From Chiloscyllium plagiosum (taxonomy: Eukaryota): a DNA stretch of 57,350 bases. The notes under the pieces were generated by a model, which did no database searches, had not been told where the DNA came from, and worked only from the letters and a program-made list of their open reading frames with translations. The translations under genes were made by a program, and so were the position numbers. Shown piece by piece: positions 1 to 12,340 of the stretch. Position 1 is the stretch's first letter; each line of letters begins with the position of its first letter. Location: NCBI RefSeq assembly GCF_004010195.1, contig NW_025215357.1, forward strand, positions 63,486 to 120,835, in the 5' to 3' direction.

Positions 1-149
1 GCAAGCTGGAAGGCAGGGAGGGGGAGGGCGTGAAAGGAAGGGAGGAGAGAAAACAGGAGCAAATTCTGATATGCTAATGTTGGGACTAGTGATAAATTTG
101 TTTGTGTTCTGTTTCTGAAAGGGACATAAAAATCTCGATGATGTTCCTT

Positions 150-290
150 AACATAGAAAGTAGGAGCTAGAGTAGGCCATTCAGCCCTTTGACCCTGTTC
201 CACCATTCAGTCTGATCATGGCTGATCATCCAACTCAGTGTGCTGTCCTTGCTTTCTCCACATACCCTTTGATCCCTTTAGCCTTAAGTC
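150..290 (-). mobile_element. CR1 LINE 3' end fragment
   Basis: acatagaaagtaggagctagagtaggccattcagccc...gatcatggctgatcatcc is the reverse complement of the CR1 3'UTR seen at 7860-7945. Confidence 0.75.
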
Positions 291-1261
291 CAAAGAACGT
301 CCAAAGGTAGAGAGATAATGCTCCAAGAGTGGGTTGACAAATTGAATATAGATATTTCTAATTAACCTGTTTGGACATGTCTGGTGGGACTGGGAAACAG
401 GTCTCTGGCTCAGAGATAGCGACACTCACTGCTCCAAAAGTGCCCAACCAACTAATTATATCTTGCTGCAATTTCAGGGATCAGTTAGGCTCGATTGGTT
501 ATGTTAATCTCTCTGAATGTTGTTGTCACGCAATGTCAATTATTAACATTACTGATCTTTCACACATGTTGCTCCTACCGTCTGGCAGTTAGTTGGTTTA
601 GCTACATGAAAGTAGTGCTGCAAGAGAAGTGCCCAATTTGGGTAAAGATTAGGATTGTGGGCTAGTGTTTTGGGCACTGTGGAGTGCCACTACTCTTACC
701 ACACAATCCACAGCCCAGTTGGTATTTCCTCCCACTGAGCTGAATGACTTGTGGTTAAAAGTTCATGGTTTGCCAGCAGTCGTCATTGCTGTCATGTTTA
801 GTGTCAAATATCACTCTGGAGTTTTCTTTCAATGATTTCAAGTGTATCCAATCACTTGAACTTTAGTCTTGTACTGTAAGCATGCGAGATATGTAAACAT
901 AGCACTAAAATCTGCAAATGCTAGAAATCTTTCACTGAAACAGAAAATATTGGAAACAGCAAGAAGTAAAATGAATAAACCATAAACTGCTTAAGTGGGA
1001 AACAGTTGATGGTTCTTCAGCAAAATTCTATTTACATGAGGTAATTGGGCCATAATGAGAAAAACAAATGTAACTAAAGATACATATTACATACAGAAAA
1101 CGTGAGTTGCTGAGGCACTGGGGGTGCAGTAAGCAGTTCATAATTGGAGAACCTTTGTCAGTAAATTGAGGTCTTAAGTAATGATTTATGTATGCCACTA
1201 ATATGTTTGGAACATATGTAATAGATAATTCTATATTAATGTGCAAATCCAGGTTACAGGG

Positions 1262-1393
1262 CGAAAGTGAGGACTGGAGATGCTGAAGATCAGAGTCTAA
1301 GATTAAAGTGGTGCTTTTACCCAAAACTTCAATTTTCTTGTTCATTGGATGCTGCCTAACCTGCTGTGCTTTTCCAGCACCACTCTAATCTAA
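1262..1393. mobile_element. Penelope-derived palindromic mini-element, internally deleted (same family as 19490-19708)
   Basis: Head aaagtgaggactggagatgctg and tail ctgctgtgcttttccagcaccactctaatcta match the 19490 element; the centre is missing. Confidence 0.75.
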
Positions 1394-2112
1394 ATTCAGG
1401 TTACAACCTGGTATACGGGTAGAAGATTACATTTTATGTTGGTCTTCCTACATCACAAAACATCCTTACCTCACCTTTTACTTTTTCACAAATCTTAGCA
1501 AAGACAGAAATGTTGGCATTTTCATGATGACTGACCACATTCTGATAAATCCCGTGTTTGAAAACTTAAACGTGGAGGCCTTCAAGCTTTGATGTTTCTG
1601 CCCTGCTGAGTAATTATTTGTTTTTCTTGCAAAAATTGAACCTGTTCAGTAGGAATGCTGTCAAGCTGCCTTCCTTAATGATCTCCACTAAGAGTACATC
1701 TGATATTTTCATGACTGGAATGGATGAGTTGGAGATTGGTTAAAGTTGATTAGTGTTGATCAGAAATGAACTATCCTGCAGGAGATTTGATGAGTGAAAT
1801 TTGGGACACTTTCATCTTTCTAAATTGATTATTTAAGTTTGCCAAATAATTGCACATCCCTTGTCAATAAGACTTTACAAATGTTTTTCTATTATATAAT
1901 ATTCTGTCATTGGTGGAATCTTCTGGTCCCTGAGGCGGTAGCTTCATTGGACAAGATGGAGTCTCTGCTGGAATTATGTTCTACATAAGTTTAATGCTTC
2001 AACATTGTTTAATCTTTTCTTTCCTACTTCAATATATGGATGTCACCTTAATAACTGCGAATAACTTGAGGATGCCTGCTGCCTGCTTTGCTGGTTTGTC
2101 TTCAATGACTTT

Positions 2113-2261
2113 GATGTAGAGTGCTGGTGTTGGACTGGAGTGGACAAAGTTAAAAATCTCACAAAACCAGGTTATAGTCCAACAGGTTTATTTGCTAGTA
2201 CTTCCAAATAGACCTGTTGGACTATAACCTAGTGTTGTGTGATTTTTTTTTTAACTTTATC
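2113..2261. mobile_element. Palindromic mini-element with 10-bp TSD (ribozyme centre deleted)
   Basis: aggttatagtccaacaggtttatttg is inverted against caaatagacctgttggactataacct; caatgacttt at 2103-2112 and 2262-2271. Confidence 0.8.
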
Positions 2262-3944
2262 CAATGACTTTAGCAGGCATTCTTTGTTGGTTTGGGATCC
2301 TTCAGGGGCTCCCAGCATTTGTATATGTGCTACCAAGCCAACCTTGATTGAGGCATTTGGGTCCCTGACAGAGTGGAGCTGCTGCAGCACTCTTTGGGAG
2401 ACCCCAAAGATGGTGATGCTCGAGTATAACTCTGTCACTCCTCCTCCTTGTTGGTAACCAGTGGAAACTCCTCCACCCCTTGTGGGGACGTGGCTCCTGG
2501 AGGGAGCTCATGCTCCCTCAGCCCCCTCCTGCCTAGCTAGTTGAATGAATGTATCTATGGCTCAAGCAATGGAAACACATCCCTGTGCATATCCAGCTGT
2601 TATTGACTATTCTGCTGGACCACCACCCATTACCTTGAGGCTTGCCATGTGCTCCTCACTGGAGCTGAATCATCAAACAAAACCTGTGCCAATTCTCCTG
2701 TCTTCACGAGAGTCTGGGTATAATCTCTGCTGTGTCTGCCAGATGCTCCCCTCATAACCTAGGCATCTATGATAGCTCACTAATGACCAAGACCAGACAT
2801 GTAAGACTCCTACTGGGTTCAGCAAGGTCCTGGTCTTCCACAATCCTGCAATTGTCTGGCTTCTCTTCCACCTCTAACTGTGGTTTTGTGCCAGTGTTCA
2901 CCAGAAAATAACTCTGAACCTCCTCTCGTTAGATTACCCACCAAAGACATTATCACTGTCTTAGGAAGGAAGGCCTTGATGGTGCATCCTCTAAGCACCA
3001 CTTGTCAGAGGTGTGGTTTGTCATGCTGATAGAGATGGACTTGCTGGCAGTCGTCTTTATTATCCCTGGATTAGGGGTATGATCTGGAAACTGCATGGAA
3101 AAACAAAGATTTGTTTGTGTCACAAGCTCCCACCCTTATTCTGGTTTCATAAAGACTTTGCTGCATTAGATGCAGCTTGAGAGTAGCAAATCCATGTTCT
3201 CTCTTCAGATGATCCTCTATATCCAATCTCCCTATCAGAACAGGCCCATTTCCATTGCTTTCTGCCAGCTCATGAGCTTGATCCTTGAGATGGGTTAGGA
3301 ACCTACTACCAGGTATCCCTGTGCTCCCTCACCTACACCAATCCCAATCTCACACAGGTCTAAGCATTTATTATCACTTTTCTCTACAGGAGATTGAATG
3401 AACCTTTAAGAGACATTAAAGAGTGTACAGGATTACTATACCTGCATTTATAGATCGAGAGGGAAATTGCCAGAACTGTAATTGTCCAAAAGTGATAATA
3501 GGAAGAAGAGTGTGCTAAGGGAGAACATGAGCAGTTAAAAGCATGGATCAGTTTTGTCAAAGAGCGACAGTTGATAAAAAGCAAGAAAGCATTCAATGGT
3601 GCGTGTGCCTGAGATACCTCTGAGGTGTTCATTCTGAAGCTATCTTTCCTGATTGTGCCAGTGTCCAATGGAGTGAAAAGCAGTCAGATCCGTACGTTCT
3701 CCTAGTTGTGATGAAAAGTCAGCAGTGAGTGTGCAATCTCCTGAGTACTGTGGCTCCTTTTATGTTTTGTTACTGTGAGCCATGGCAGCTGTTTGAGACA
3801 CAGCACCATTCTGTTACAAGTGGTATTGCTTTGTTAGCTGCAATTAAATGACAGACATCGATTGTCCAAGAGGATCTGATGGAGGGACAGCCCTGTGCAG
3901 TGGCAACAATACAATGGTAGCTCACACTGACAGGGGCTTGACTC

Positions 3945-4150
3945 ACTGAGTAGACAGTGATATATACCCTGGTTGAGTACAGCAGGCCATTCATCCCCTT
4001 GCAATACTAGAGACAGCTTCTCTTGGAGTTCTGTGAATCTGGCCTCCACATCCACCTCAGTACAGTTGGTATGTCCATCCCTAGGGGAAAAGAACTTCTC
4101 TCCATGGCAGCATTCAGAGTGTGTAGGCATCATAGGAACCCCATATCATT
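3945..4150 (-). mobile_element. Probable PIF/Harbinger Myb/SANT gene remnant
   Basis: The frameshifted minus-strand translation gives pieces resembling 'EVLFPRDG' and 'QCRKRMNDLLRSAR' (here ..YCKGMNGLLYSTR). Recognised by eye only. Confidence 0.4.
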
Positions 4151-4329
4151 ATTTTCCTGCTCAAATACTTCCATGGGATGGGTGGTGGTGGTGAGCAAAT
4201 ATTGAGGTGTGGTATCTGGAGTTTGGAGTTCAGAAGGTCTCAGTGATGGGGGTTGGGGATGGAGGAGGGGGAAATGTCAAACTTAGTGCCAAACCATAAA
4301 ATTTGGTGCTTTACTCATGTAGTCCATGT

Positions 4330-4464
4330 GTAATGGGTACAGGAGAAATGTCCTTATGATCTGTATTCCCTTTTTTTGTATGTTCTGCCTGTACTGCTTG
4401 CAAAACAAAACTTTTCACTGTGTCTAGGTACATGTGACTACAATAGTCGAATCAAATCAAATCA
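4330..4464 (+). mobile_element. Non-LTR retrotransposon 3' end with (aatca)n tail
   Basis: aaaacttttcactgtgtctaggtacatgtgactacaata followed by gaatcaaatcaaatca. Confidence 0.55.
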
Positions 4465-5711
4465 GATATTGGGTCCAGGGGGATGAATGGGGGGGATGAG
4501 AAGGGATTGTCATAGGTCGGTGGCAGAAAGGTGCAATGGCTATCTTCCCATCTGAAAATCTTGGCCAAAAACACTTTCTTATGATTTGTACTGTGGGAGA
4601 ACTGCTACTTTCTATTGACACATAACACAACTGGTGTTGAAACAAATATTTGAGGCACAGGTTTGTTACCACAGATGAAGTATTTCATTTGCTAAAATTT
4701 GGAATAGATTGTAAATCTGCATCCAAAGTCTGTGACTAAATGTTGGTACAACAATAAGCTGAGGGAATCTTTCTTCGGTGTTAATAAAGATGTTCTGTCA
4801 AAGGTGCAATCCTCACCACTTAAAGTGGGCATGTTAGTTTTAATGTGAATTACATGGAGGATGATGAAAGCAAAACGATGTGACCAACGTATTTGAAATA
4901 ACACAGGAAATATCACTTAGCAACTAATTGTCAGCAGTTGGGTGCGGAATCCCATTCGCTAAGATAATTGCACTTTAATGAGGTGTGAAGAACTGATTGA
5001 AACTGCTCAAAGCACTGAATTTGATTGAAACCAGCAGACCATTTTACATTAGTAAATATATGGTAAATAATTATTGAACTGCCTAAGATAACTGGAGTGC
5101 TTAAAGTACTACAAACAATGTTTTCGTGAGTGACTTCTTTTGGAGGTAGTAACTAGTTGCAGTTATTTGTCCTGAAGTAAGTGGTTCCGTGTGATGAGCA
5201 TGGACAGTGTAAGTGGTGCAGTGTATACTTAAAACGCAAAAACCAAGCAAACAGAGTAATGTGTCATCAGCAATCTCAAATTATACCACTGGATCTGTAC
5301 CTGTTCCAGTTTAAGACCAACAGTTCTAGATATGCAGATAAGCTTCACGAACAGCACCAATTAAATCTCACTCCACTTTACAAATATTGAAGTTAAACAA
5401 TTCATTCAAAGTTTTAATTTCAGTGGTTGCAATATGACATTGAAATAATGCAGCAACTTCTTCAAACTGGTTTATCGCAATCCAGGAGATCTGTCGAAAA
5501 CTGGAGAAGAGAAAGACAAGTTAACATTTCGATATAAGCTCTACCAGAATTGGGGGAGAGAAAAGGTAGAAAGCAGTAAATAGGAACAGCAGAAAAGGTA
5601 GTAATGAGTTAAAAACACACACATACCAGAGAAATGGTATGGACAGAATGACCTTTCATCTTTTTAATAGAAAAAGATGGTTAAATTGGTTGATTATGGC
5701 AATGTCATGTC

Positions 5712-5781
5712 GATGGGTCAGTGTGGATTTGTTGGGCCAAATAGCCTGTTTCCACACTGTAGAGAATCTAATCTAATCTAA
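5712..5781 (+). mobile_element. HE1 SINE 3' fragment
   Basis: gggtcagtgtggatttgttgggccaaatagcctgtttccacactgtagagaatctaatctaatc matches the tail of the SINE at 48843-49152. Confidence 0.8.
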
Positions 5782-7690
5782 ATGTACCTATTGGGCTAAG
5801 CATTTGCATCAATGTTGAGCTGAAACCTATTCAAACTGATACATGGTGATGCAACTGGGATATAAATGCACAGAAAGAAGGACAAATATGAGGCAATGGA
5901 CATGTTCATTATGAGCAAGCCCATGAGAGGTTTAGCTATATATTAAAGGCCGAATTTTAACTTTGTTCAGCTAGCACTAATACAAGCTATAGATTAGTAG
6001 TTTTGGGGTCTTTACTCCCTATTCCCACTCAGCCACTTTATTTCTGGGGCCTTCTGCTTAAAGGCCCAGTGTGTCCATTTGAATTGGCTGGTAACTCAGA
6101 TACTCTATTGCAAGATTGAAGATCTATGATATATTTCAGATCCTATCCGTGCTACCATAGGCTCCACAAGAATGATATGGGTGTCAGGCAACCTAACCCT
6201 TTCAACCATGACCTGGAGAGCTTTGCTCGGACTCCCCTGGGTGTACTGTCAGCAATAGTCACCACTCCCAGTGGAACTGCATACAGTGGATCTGATTTGG
6301 TGGCAGTTCTCAGTCAGCAGGATTTCTGCCTGCAGCATCTTGAATTGGTTAGAAGATCACACAGTGACTGGTTAAGGGCCTGACAGACATTTAATCCAAC
6401 TGGGCCTTCTTCTCTGTTCCCCACCAGCTCTCCAAACAATAGACTGAACTCCTGATAATTACATGAAATTTCACCTCCTTATCTCGTAGTTCCTCTGTCA
6501 TTCAATGTCTGAACATTCCCCTGCATGTGTTTTGCGATTCATCGTAAAACTGTTCAGCATTATTGTTGTGTGTATCTGAAGGCAACCCAGTGAATGGGTT
6601 GCAGCAGTGCATCAATTATCATAATGAAATAAGATTATTACATCTGTGCTGTTGTGGAGTTTGTCACGTACAGGGTAATGAATTCAGTGTTGCACGAAAA
6701 CCCATTCCACTGAGAAACCTGTGGCACTTTTAGTTCTGTGCTGCAAGATTATGGTTATTATGTGCAGGTGTAGCCTTCATAATTTTGAACATTGCCTCTG
6801 GTAGGAAGGGCACCATTATCAGAACGATGTAAATGTGGTGACACTGGTTGACTTGAAGAGAATATTCTGTCCAGCACCTCCAATGGCAGATGTCAATTAA
6901 ATATATATGTATAGATATAACAGTTCCTACTGACAATGCCAGGTTTGGGATTGCCATTTTGTCTGCCTGTGATTGCCTGCTAACACATACTTGTGGTGAA
7001 ACTTTAGCTTTATTCAGGTCCAATGCATCAAAAAGTGTGCGTGCAATTCTATTAGTTATATTCGAGCAACTATACTGGGCAGACCAGTCAGCTTGTGTTC
7101 TCCAACCCACTGAAAAGCAACTGCCACAGGACAAGTCATAATAAAAGCAGGGCTGTAATGTACATGAGATTTCGTATATGTGCGGAGAGGTGTGCTTTGG
7201 TGAGTTACCAATAATCAGTAACTGAAAGGAAAGCTAGGTTAATGTATTGACACAGATACAGGAGGAGGACTCAGAAATGTCACAATTCTTAGTCCCTTTG
7301 AAGCAGACCTAAAACACTTTGCCAATACCAGCCGCAACAAGGAAAGTTTAAGCAAAGCTTCAGGCTTCCACTAAGGATTAGAATTACACCCCCACCTCCC
7401 AGCCAGTGATGGGCTTGTGGGCGGGTTCATAAAATTGTCAATGGACACTGGTCTTGGCAACAACCCCTGCCTACATCTAATTTTAACCATGGCACAGGAG
7501 GCACTGAAAGGTCTGTCCATCGTTGGTCCAGATGATACCCTTCAGTGCCCAGTTGATTGCCATCATCCTTTGTGAAATGTAACTTTGTGATTACATTTGG
7601 AAGGTCTTGTTATGAATCAGTAGGACAGAATAAAAGAATAACTGGCTATGTTAAACACTGCATCATCCAATTGTGTCATTAAACTGCATC

Positions 7691-7947
7691 ATGAGGAGAA
7701 ATTTCTTCACCCAGAGAGTGGTGGCTGTGTGGAATGCTCTGCCCCAGAGGGCAGTGGAGGCCCAGTCTCTGGACTAATTTAAGAAAGAATTGGACAGAGC
7801 TCTCAAGGATAGTGGAATCAAGGGTTATGGAGATAAGGCAGGAACAGGATACTAATTAAGGATGATCAGCCATGATCATATTGAATGTTGGTGCAGGCTC
7901 GAAGGGTGGAATGGCCTACTCCTGCACCTATTGTCTATTGTCTATTG
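7691..7947 (+). mobile_element. CR1 LINE 3' end
   Basis: Encodes the ORF2 C-terminus RRNFFTQRVVAVWNALP, then a 3'UTR and a (ctattgt)n tail. Confidence 0.9.
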
Positions 7948-9038
7948 ACAACTGTGGTCTATTAGTGCAAATAATGCTTCAGCTAGACTGGATGGCTGCA
8001 GAACCAAAAGGTTAAATAAGCATTTGATTTTGCCTATTTTGGACTGGAATAGCCCTATGTGGAATGTGTGCTTCAATAAATGGCAAACAACTGGTTAGTT
8101 TTTCAAATCCAAACTCAGTGTAAGTTAGCTTTCCATCTGCATTGACAGCTGCGTCCAAATCTGCTGGTATTGGTACAATATACCCTGAGGTGACAGGAGA
8201 ATTGGATAGAGTTTTCAAGTTCAGGTCTTCAATGATCTCCCAGCTCTGAAGAGCACTTGGAATGAATTTCCCTACAGAATGTTTCCCTGGTCTTGTGAGT
8301 AATGATTCTATGATGCGTGGAAAGTTTCTTTCTGCCAGTAGTAACACAGAGATAGCAGAACTAAAATCAAGGCAGTTGACGTATTGCCAACACCTTTCTT
8401 CACTGTAATTTTTCCTGGAATCCTCTGCTGGGATACCAATTCCACCTTAAATTACAACTAATCTCATTAATTTCACAATTCATACGATAGACATAGACCT
8501 GTGGTGCCATTTTGAGGACACACTCTATTTGATGCTATGCTCAGTAAAACTGATGACCAATGGGATGTCTCCTAACAAATAGTGTAAAATGAATTTTGTG
8601 GGACCACGAGGAGCAGAAGTGGTCTCAAGGTTAATGTGGGCTGTTTCTACACTGGACTCTCCCTTTGCTAGGATTGGTGTGTCTCTGGAATTAACTTCTT
8701 CTTGGCTGTTGACCAACCTGTTGCTGGCATCAGCTGGACCTCCCAGCAACACAAGCAATCAACCTTCACCCTTCAATCGAACAGCACCTGCTGCTGGTGC
8801 AGCACATAATAATTCCTCTGATCTGAAAAGGTTTGGAAAAATACTAGCATAGTTATTTGAACATTTGGAAAACATTCATTCATATCCCAAATATTTTCAA
8901 AAATTAACTTCTCTTTCAAAAATATGAAATATTTTCAAAAATATTCTTTCTTCTGTACTTTAAAGCAATTTCTCTTTAATTTCTACCTGGAAATGTGTAA
9001 TGATAAGCAGGTCAGTGAGAGTATATGTTCAATGAAAA

Positions 9039-9726
9039 CAGAAACAGAAATCACAAGAAACTCAGCAGGTCTGGCAGCATCTGTAGAGAGAAAGTAGAGT
9101 CACATTTTGAGCTCAGTGATCCTTCTTTGGAACTGATTGTAGCTAGGAAAGTATTGGTATCTGCTGAAGATAGAGTGGGGAGGGGAAAGCACAAATGATA
9201 GGTGGAAATGGGGCCTAGAGAGAGAGAACTGAAGTAGGGCAGAAAAAATGGAAAGTGAAATGCCTGGGGAATCTGCAGCCTTCAAATCCCAATATCAACT
9301 TTGATAATTTTAGGGCCTGCACATCTCCGTACATGCCCTTCCCTCATATCCACACACCAGGTCTTGTCATCACATGGGCTGCTTTCACGACAGCCAACCC
9401 ATTTTAACTCTTTAATAGTCCCCTGTAGCAGCTTTTCTTTCTTCCCACCTCATCACTGTCTATCCCTTTGTCTGCCAAACTGTTGTCTTCTCTTTCTGGA
9501 CTGTATCTCCATTTATCATTTACTCCCTCTCCTCCCTGCACACCTCTCCCCCCTCCCCCCACCCCACCCACAAAAAAAATAGTCAGCATATATACCAACC
9601 TTGTCCTAGCAACAATGAATCCTGAAGAACGGTCACTGGACTCAGAACGTTAACTCTACTTTCTCTCCACAGATGCTGCCAGACCTGCTAGGTTTTCTCA
9701 GCATTTTCTATTTCTGTTTCTGTTTT
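9039..9726 (+). mobile_element. Penelope-like element 3' end with inverted terminal copy, degenerate hammerhead and TSD
   Basis: About 100-bp inverted termini (9035-9135 vs 9620-9726). Internal LGNLQPSNPNINFDNFR resembles a Penelope/Neptune ORF C-terminus. tg(t/a)caatgaaaa-type duplication at 9026-9038 and 9727-9739. Confidence 0.75.
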
Positions 9727-10143
9727 TGTACAATGAAAAGAGCTTCAGCAAACGTTTTTAATGGACACCACACCAGATTTTTAGCTACAAAACTTTCAGG
9801 TTCTTGTTCACTTTAATTCCTATTGTGCAGGAGCTAAGCAGATCTAGAAGAAAATACTATACTTTTTAAAGCATTAATGCAAAAGAAGTGGCAATATATC
9901 AATCTATGTCAGTATTTATTTTTATTGCATCATATAAATTTCACCTTGTGTATTTTAGCATATCTATCAAATACAAACTATGTGTTGCTATATGCAGTAC
10001 TAATTAGATTTTGTAGGTTTCAGTGATTCAATTATAAATGCTATGCATGATTTCTGATATCTATTCATTCAGTGCAATGTTTCATTGCATAAGTAACATT
10101 GACCTGTAGTCTTGACTAGTTGTTGACACCTGAACAGTTAAGA

Positions 10144-10321
10144 GTGTGCAAATATCACACAACATAGGTTATAGTCCAACAGATTTAATTGGAAGCACTA
10201 GCTTTTGGAGCGCTGCTCCTTCATCAGGTTGTTAAGAGTGTGGTGCTGGAAAAGCACAGCAGGTCAGGCAGCATCCGAGGAGAAAGGACAGTCGACATTT
10301 CAGACATAAGCCCTTCATCAG
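10144..10321 (-). mobile_element. Two nested Penelope-derived hammerhead-bearing mini-elements
   Basis: Outer TSD cacctgaacagttaaga (10127-10143, 10322-10338); inner duplication gttaagagtgtg (10137-10148, 10231-10242). Both elements end in ttcatcag (CTGATGAA on the minus strand). Confidence 0.8.
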
Positions 10322-11894
10322 CACCTGAACAGTTAAGATTCGTTATGTCTTCTAATTTATTCAAATAATGTTTTATTGTTAGCTGTTTTTGATGAGCATA
10401 AATGAACAGAAATGAGCTCTCTGCAAACTGACAGCAAGTGGTGTTCTGAGTACTGGGGATATGTCCATGTTGCTCACAATCAAAAGGATACTAATCCCCT
10501 AGTGAGATAAGCACTGAAAGATTATCCCATCATGTTAATGATAGAAGGAGTTTAAGAAGCAGTTATCTATTAAGTAAACTCCAATGGAATTAATTATCCA
10601 AAAAAATGTACCTCAGAGAAAAAAGAATCTTTCTGTTAAGTTAATAGCTCCAGACAACAATGCTAATCCTTTTCCTACTAATTAACTAAGAATTATGTTT
10701 ACTTGGTTCATTAACGTCAGCCAACTTCTGTAATTTAAAATTTGATATGCTGGGGATTAACTCAGTTTCCTTTTGTTGTTTTATAAAAATACAGCAAAAT
10801 TAGTCAACAGTGCCATCTTTTGTGAGGCTGCTTTTAAAATTGAAAGAATGTAGCTATTTAATTGAAGGTTTGTACTTAGCAGGGAAGACTCTCCGGATTT
10901 GGACTTTGACCAAGTGTTTACAGGCCAGATGAGGAACAGGTGTAAGAGCAAAAAAAGTATTGTGATTTTAGATCATTATCATCTTGAGACATTGATGTGT
11001 GATGCATTTGATTGAAAATCTTCTCTCGTGAAGTGTTAATTCTTTTACTTAAGGGGATAACTTCTGAGAAATAGGCCCAGATCTCCCAAGGATAGCTACC
11101 ATCATTGGATTGCCACTCCTGGCGAACGTTCCTCCAACTTGATGTGGCTCTGTGTTTCTTCCAGGAGGTACCAAATCTGGCTTTTACAGAAACCAGAGCA
11201 GTGTGTGTCCTGGTGATCTCTGGCAATGGAAACGGGGCAGGTGGAGGGGTGGAGGTGGGGCATGTTGGTATGGAAGGCACAGTATTCCCTGCTTTATGGC
11301 ACTAGCTGTCATATGGTAGGTCCAAAAGTCCATTGTGAACTTTAGTGAATCAATGAGAGGATGAAGAAGTAAATAGATGAGGTGTTGGAGTGGATGGCAT
11401 GGTAGGTGGGGATGGAATGGGTGGATGAGATTAGTTGGACCTGGGAGATTGTTGCACGTTTGGGAACTAGTCAGTCAGGGTGTAATCCAATCAGGTCTGG
11501 AGGTTAGTGTGGATGGGGTGGGTGCGATCGAGTGGGTGGGTTCTGGTCAGGTGGGCACTCAGTTGCTCAGGAAGGATTCATCTTCTTGGGAAGTATTTGG
11601 TTGGTTGTGGGATGGTCTAGCGATTGGATGTTTGGTCAGGAATGTTAACAAGTGGTCATGGGATGGGTAAGTCTAGTCAGATTCAGAGGGCGAGTTCATT
11701 TGAGTGATTGGTGGATCAGTTACACAGTGACCCAAGACTTAGACTAGGGTTCAGTAGCCCAGATCGACTGGTCGGGATCATCAGAAACTGGAGATATGAC
11801 CCAAGATGTTTGCCCAAGAAGCTTGATCTTTGGGTGGGAAATACTCTGTTCCTTGGGACCTCTAAAAATGTCTGATTATGAGTTTGAGGCATAA

Positions 11895-12340
11895 AACACA
11901 TGAACAAGGAACAAGTGTAGGCCCTCAGCCCTCTGAGTTTGCTTCACTATTTAAAATCATCATGATGTGGAGGTGCCGGTGTTGGACTGAGGTGGACAAG
12001 GTCAGAAGTCACAAGACACCAGGTTGTAGTCCAAAAGGTTTATTTGAAATCACAAGCTTTCAGTGCAATGCTCCTTCATCAGCACTCAGAAAACTGAACC
12101 TTTTGAACTATAACCTGGTGTCATGTGACTTCTGACAATGTGATCATGGCTGATCTGATTTTAATTTCACTTCTACATTCCTGTATATCCCCACTAATTT
12201 TTCACCTCCTTGGTCATCAAGAATCTATCTACGTCTGCCTGAACAATATGTTCAAAACTTGCATCCACTGCCTTCTGAGAAAGGGAATGCCAAAGACTCT
12301 CAACCTGCTGAGAGAAAAGAAATCCTCATCTGTCTTTGTT
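11895..12340 (-). mobile_element. CR1 3' end interrupted by a palindromic mini-element (approx. 11965-12140)
   Basis: CR1 3'UTR reverse complement (gtaggccctcagccc...atcatggctgatctg) is split by an insert of the 2113-2261 family with inverted arms and a minus-strand CTGATGA..GAAAGCTT at 12053-12082. Confidence 0.75.

Noticed and set aside
3361..3420. Acceptor-like ttttctctacag as an extra exon
   Set aside because: No recognisable HIF-like coding sequence or matching donor follows.
8885..8945. aatattttcaaaaat local duplication
   Set aside because: AT-rich low-complexity slippage with no further structure.
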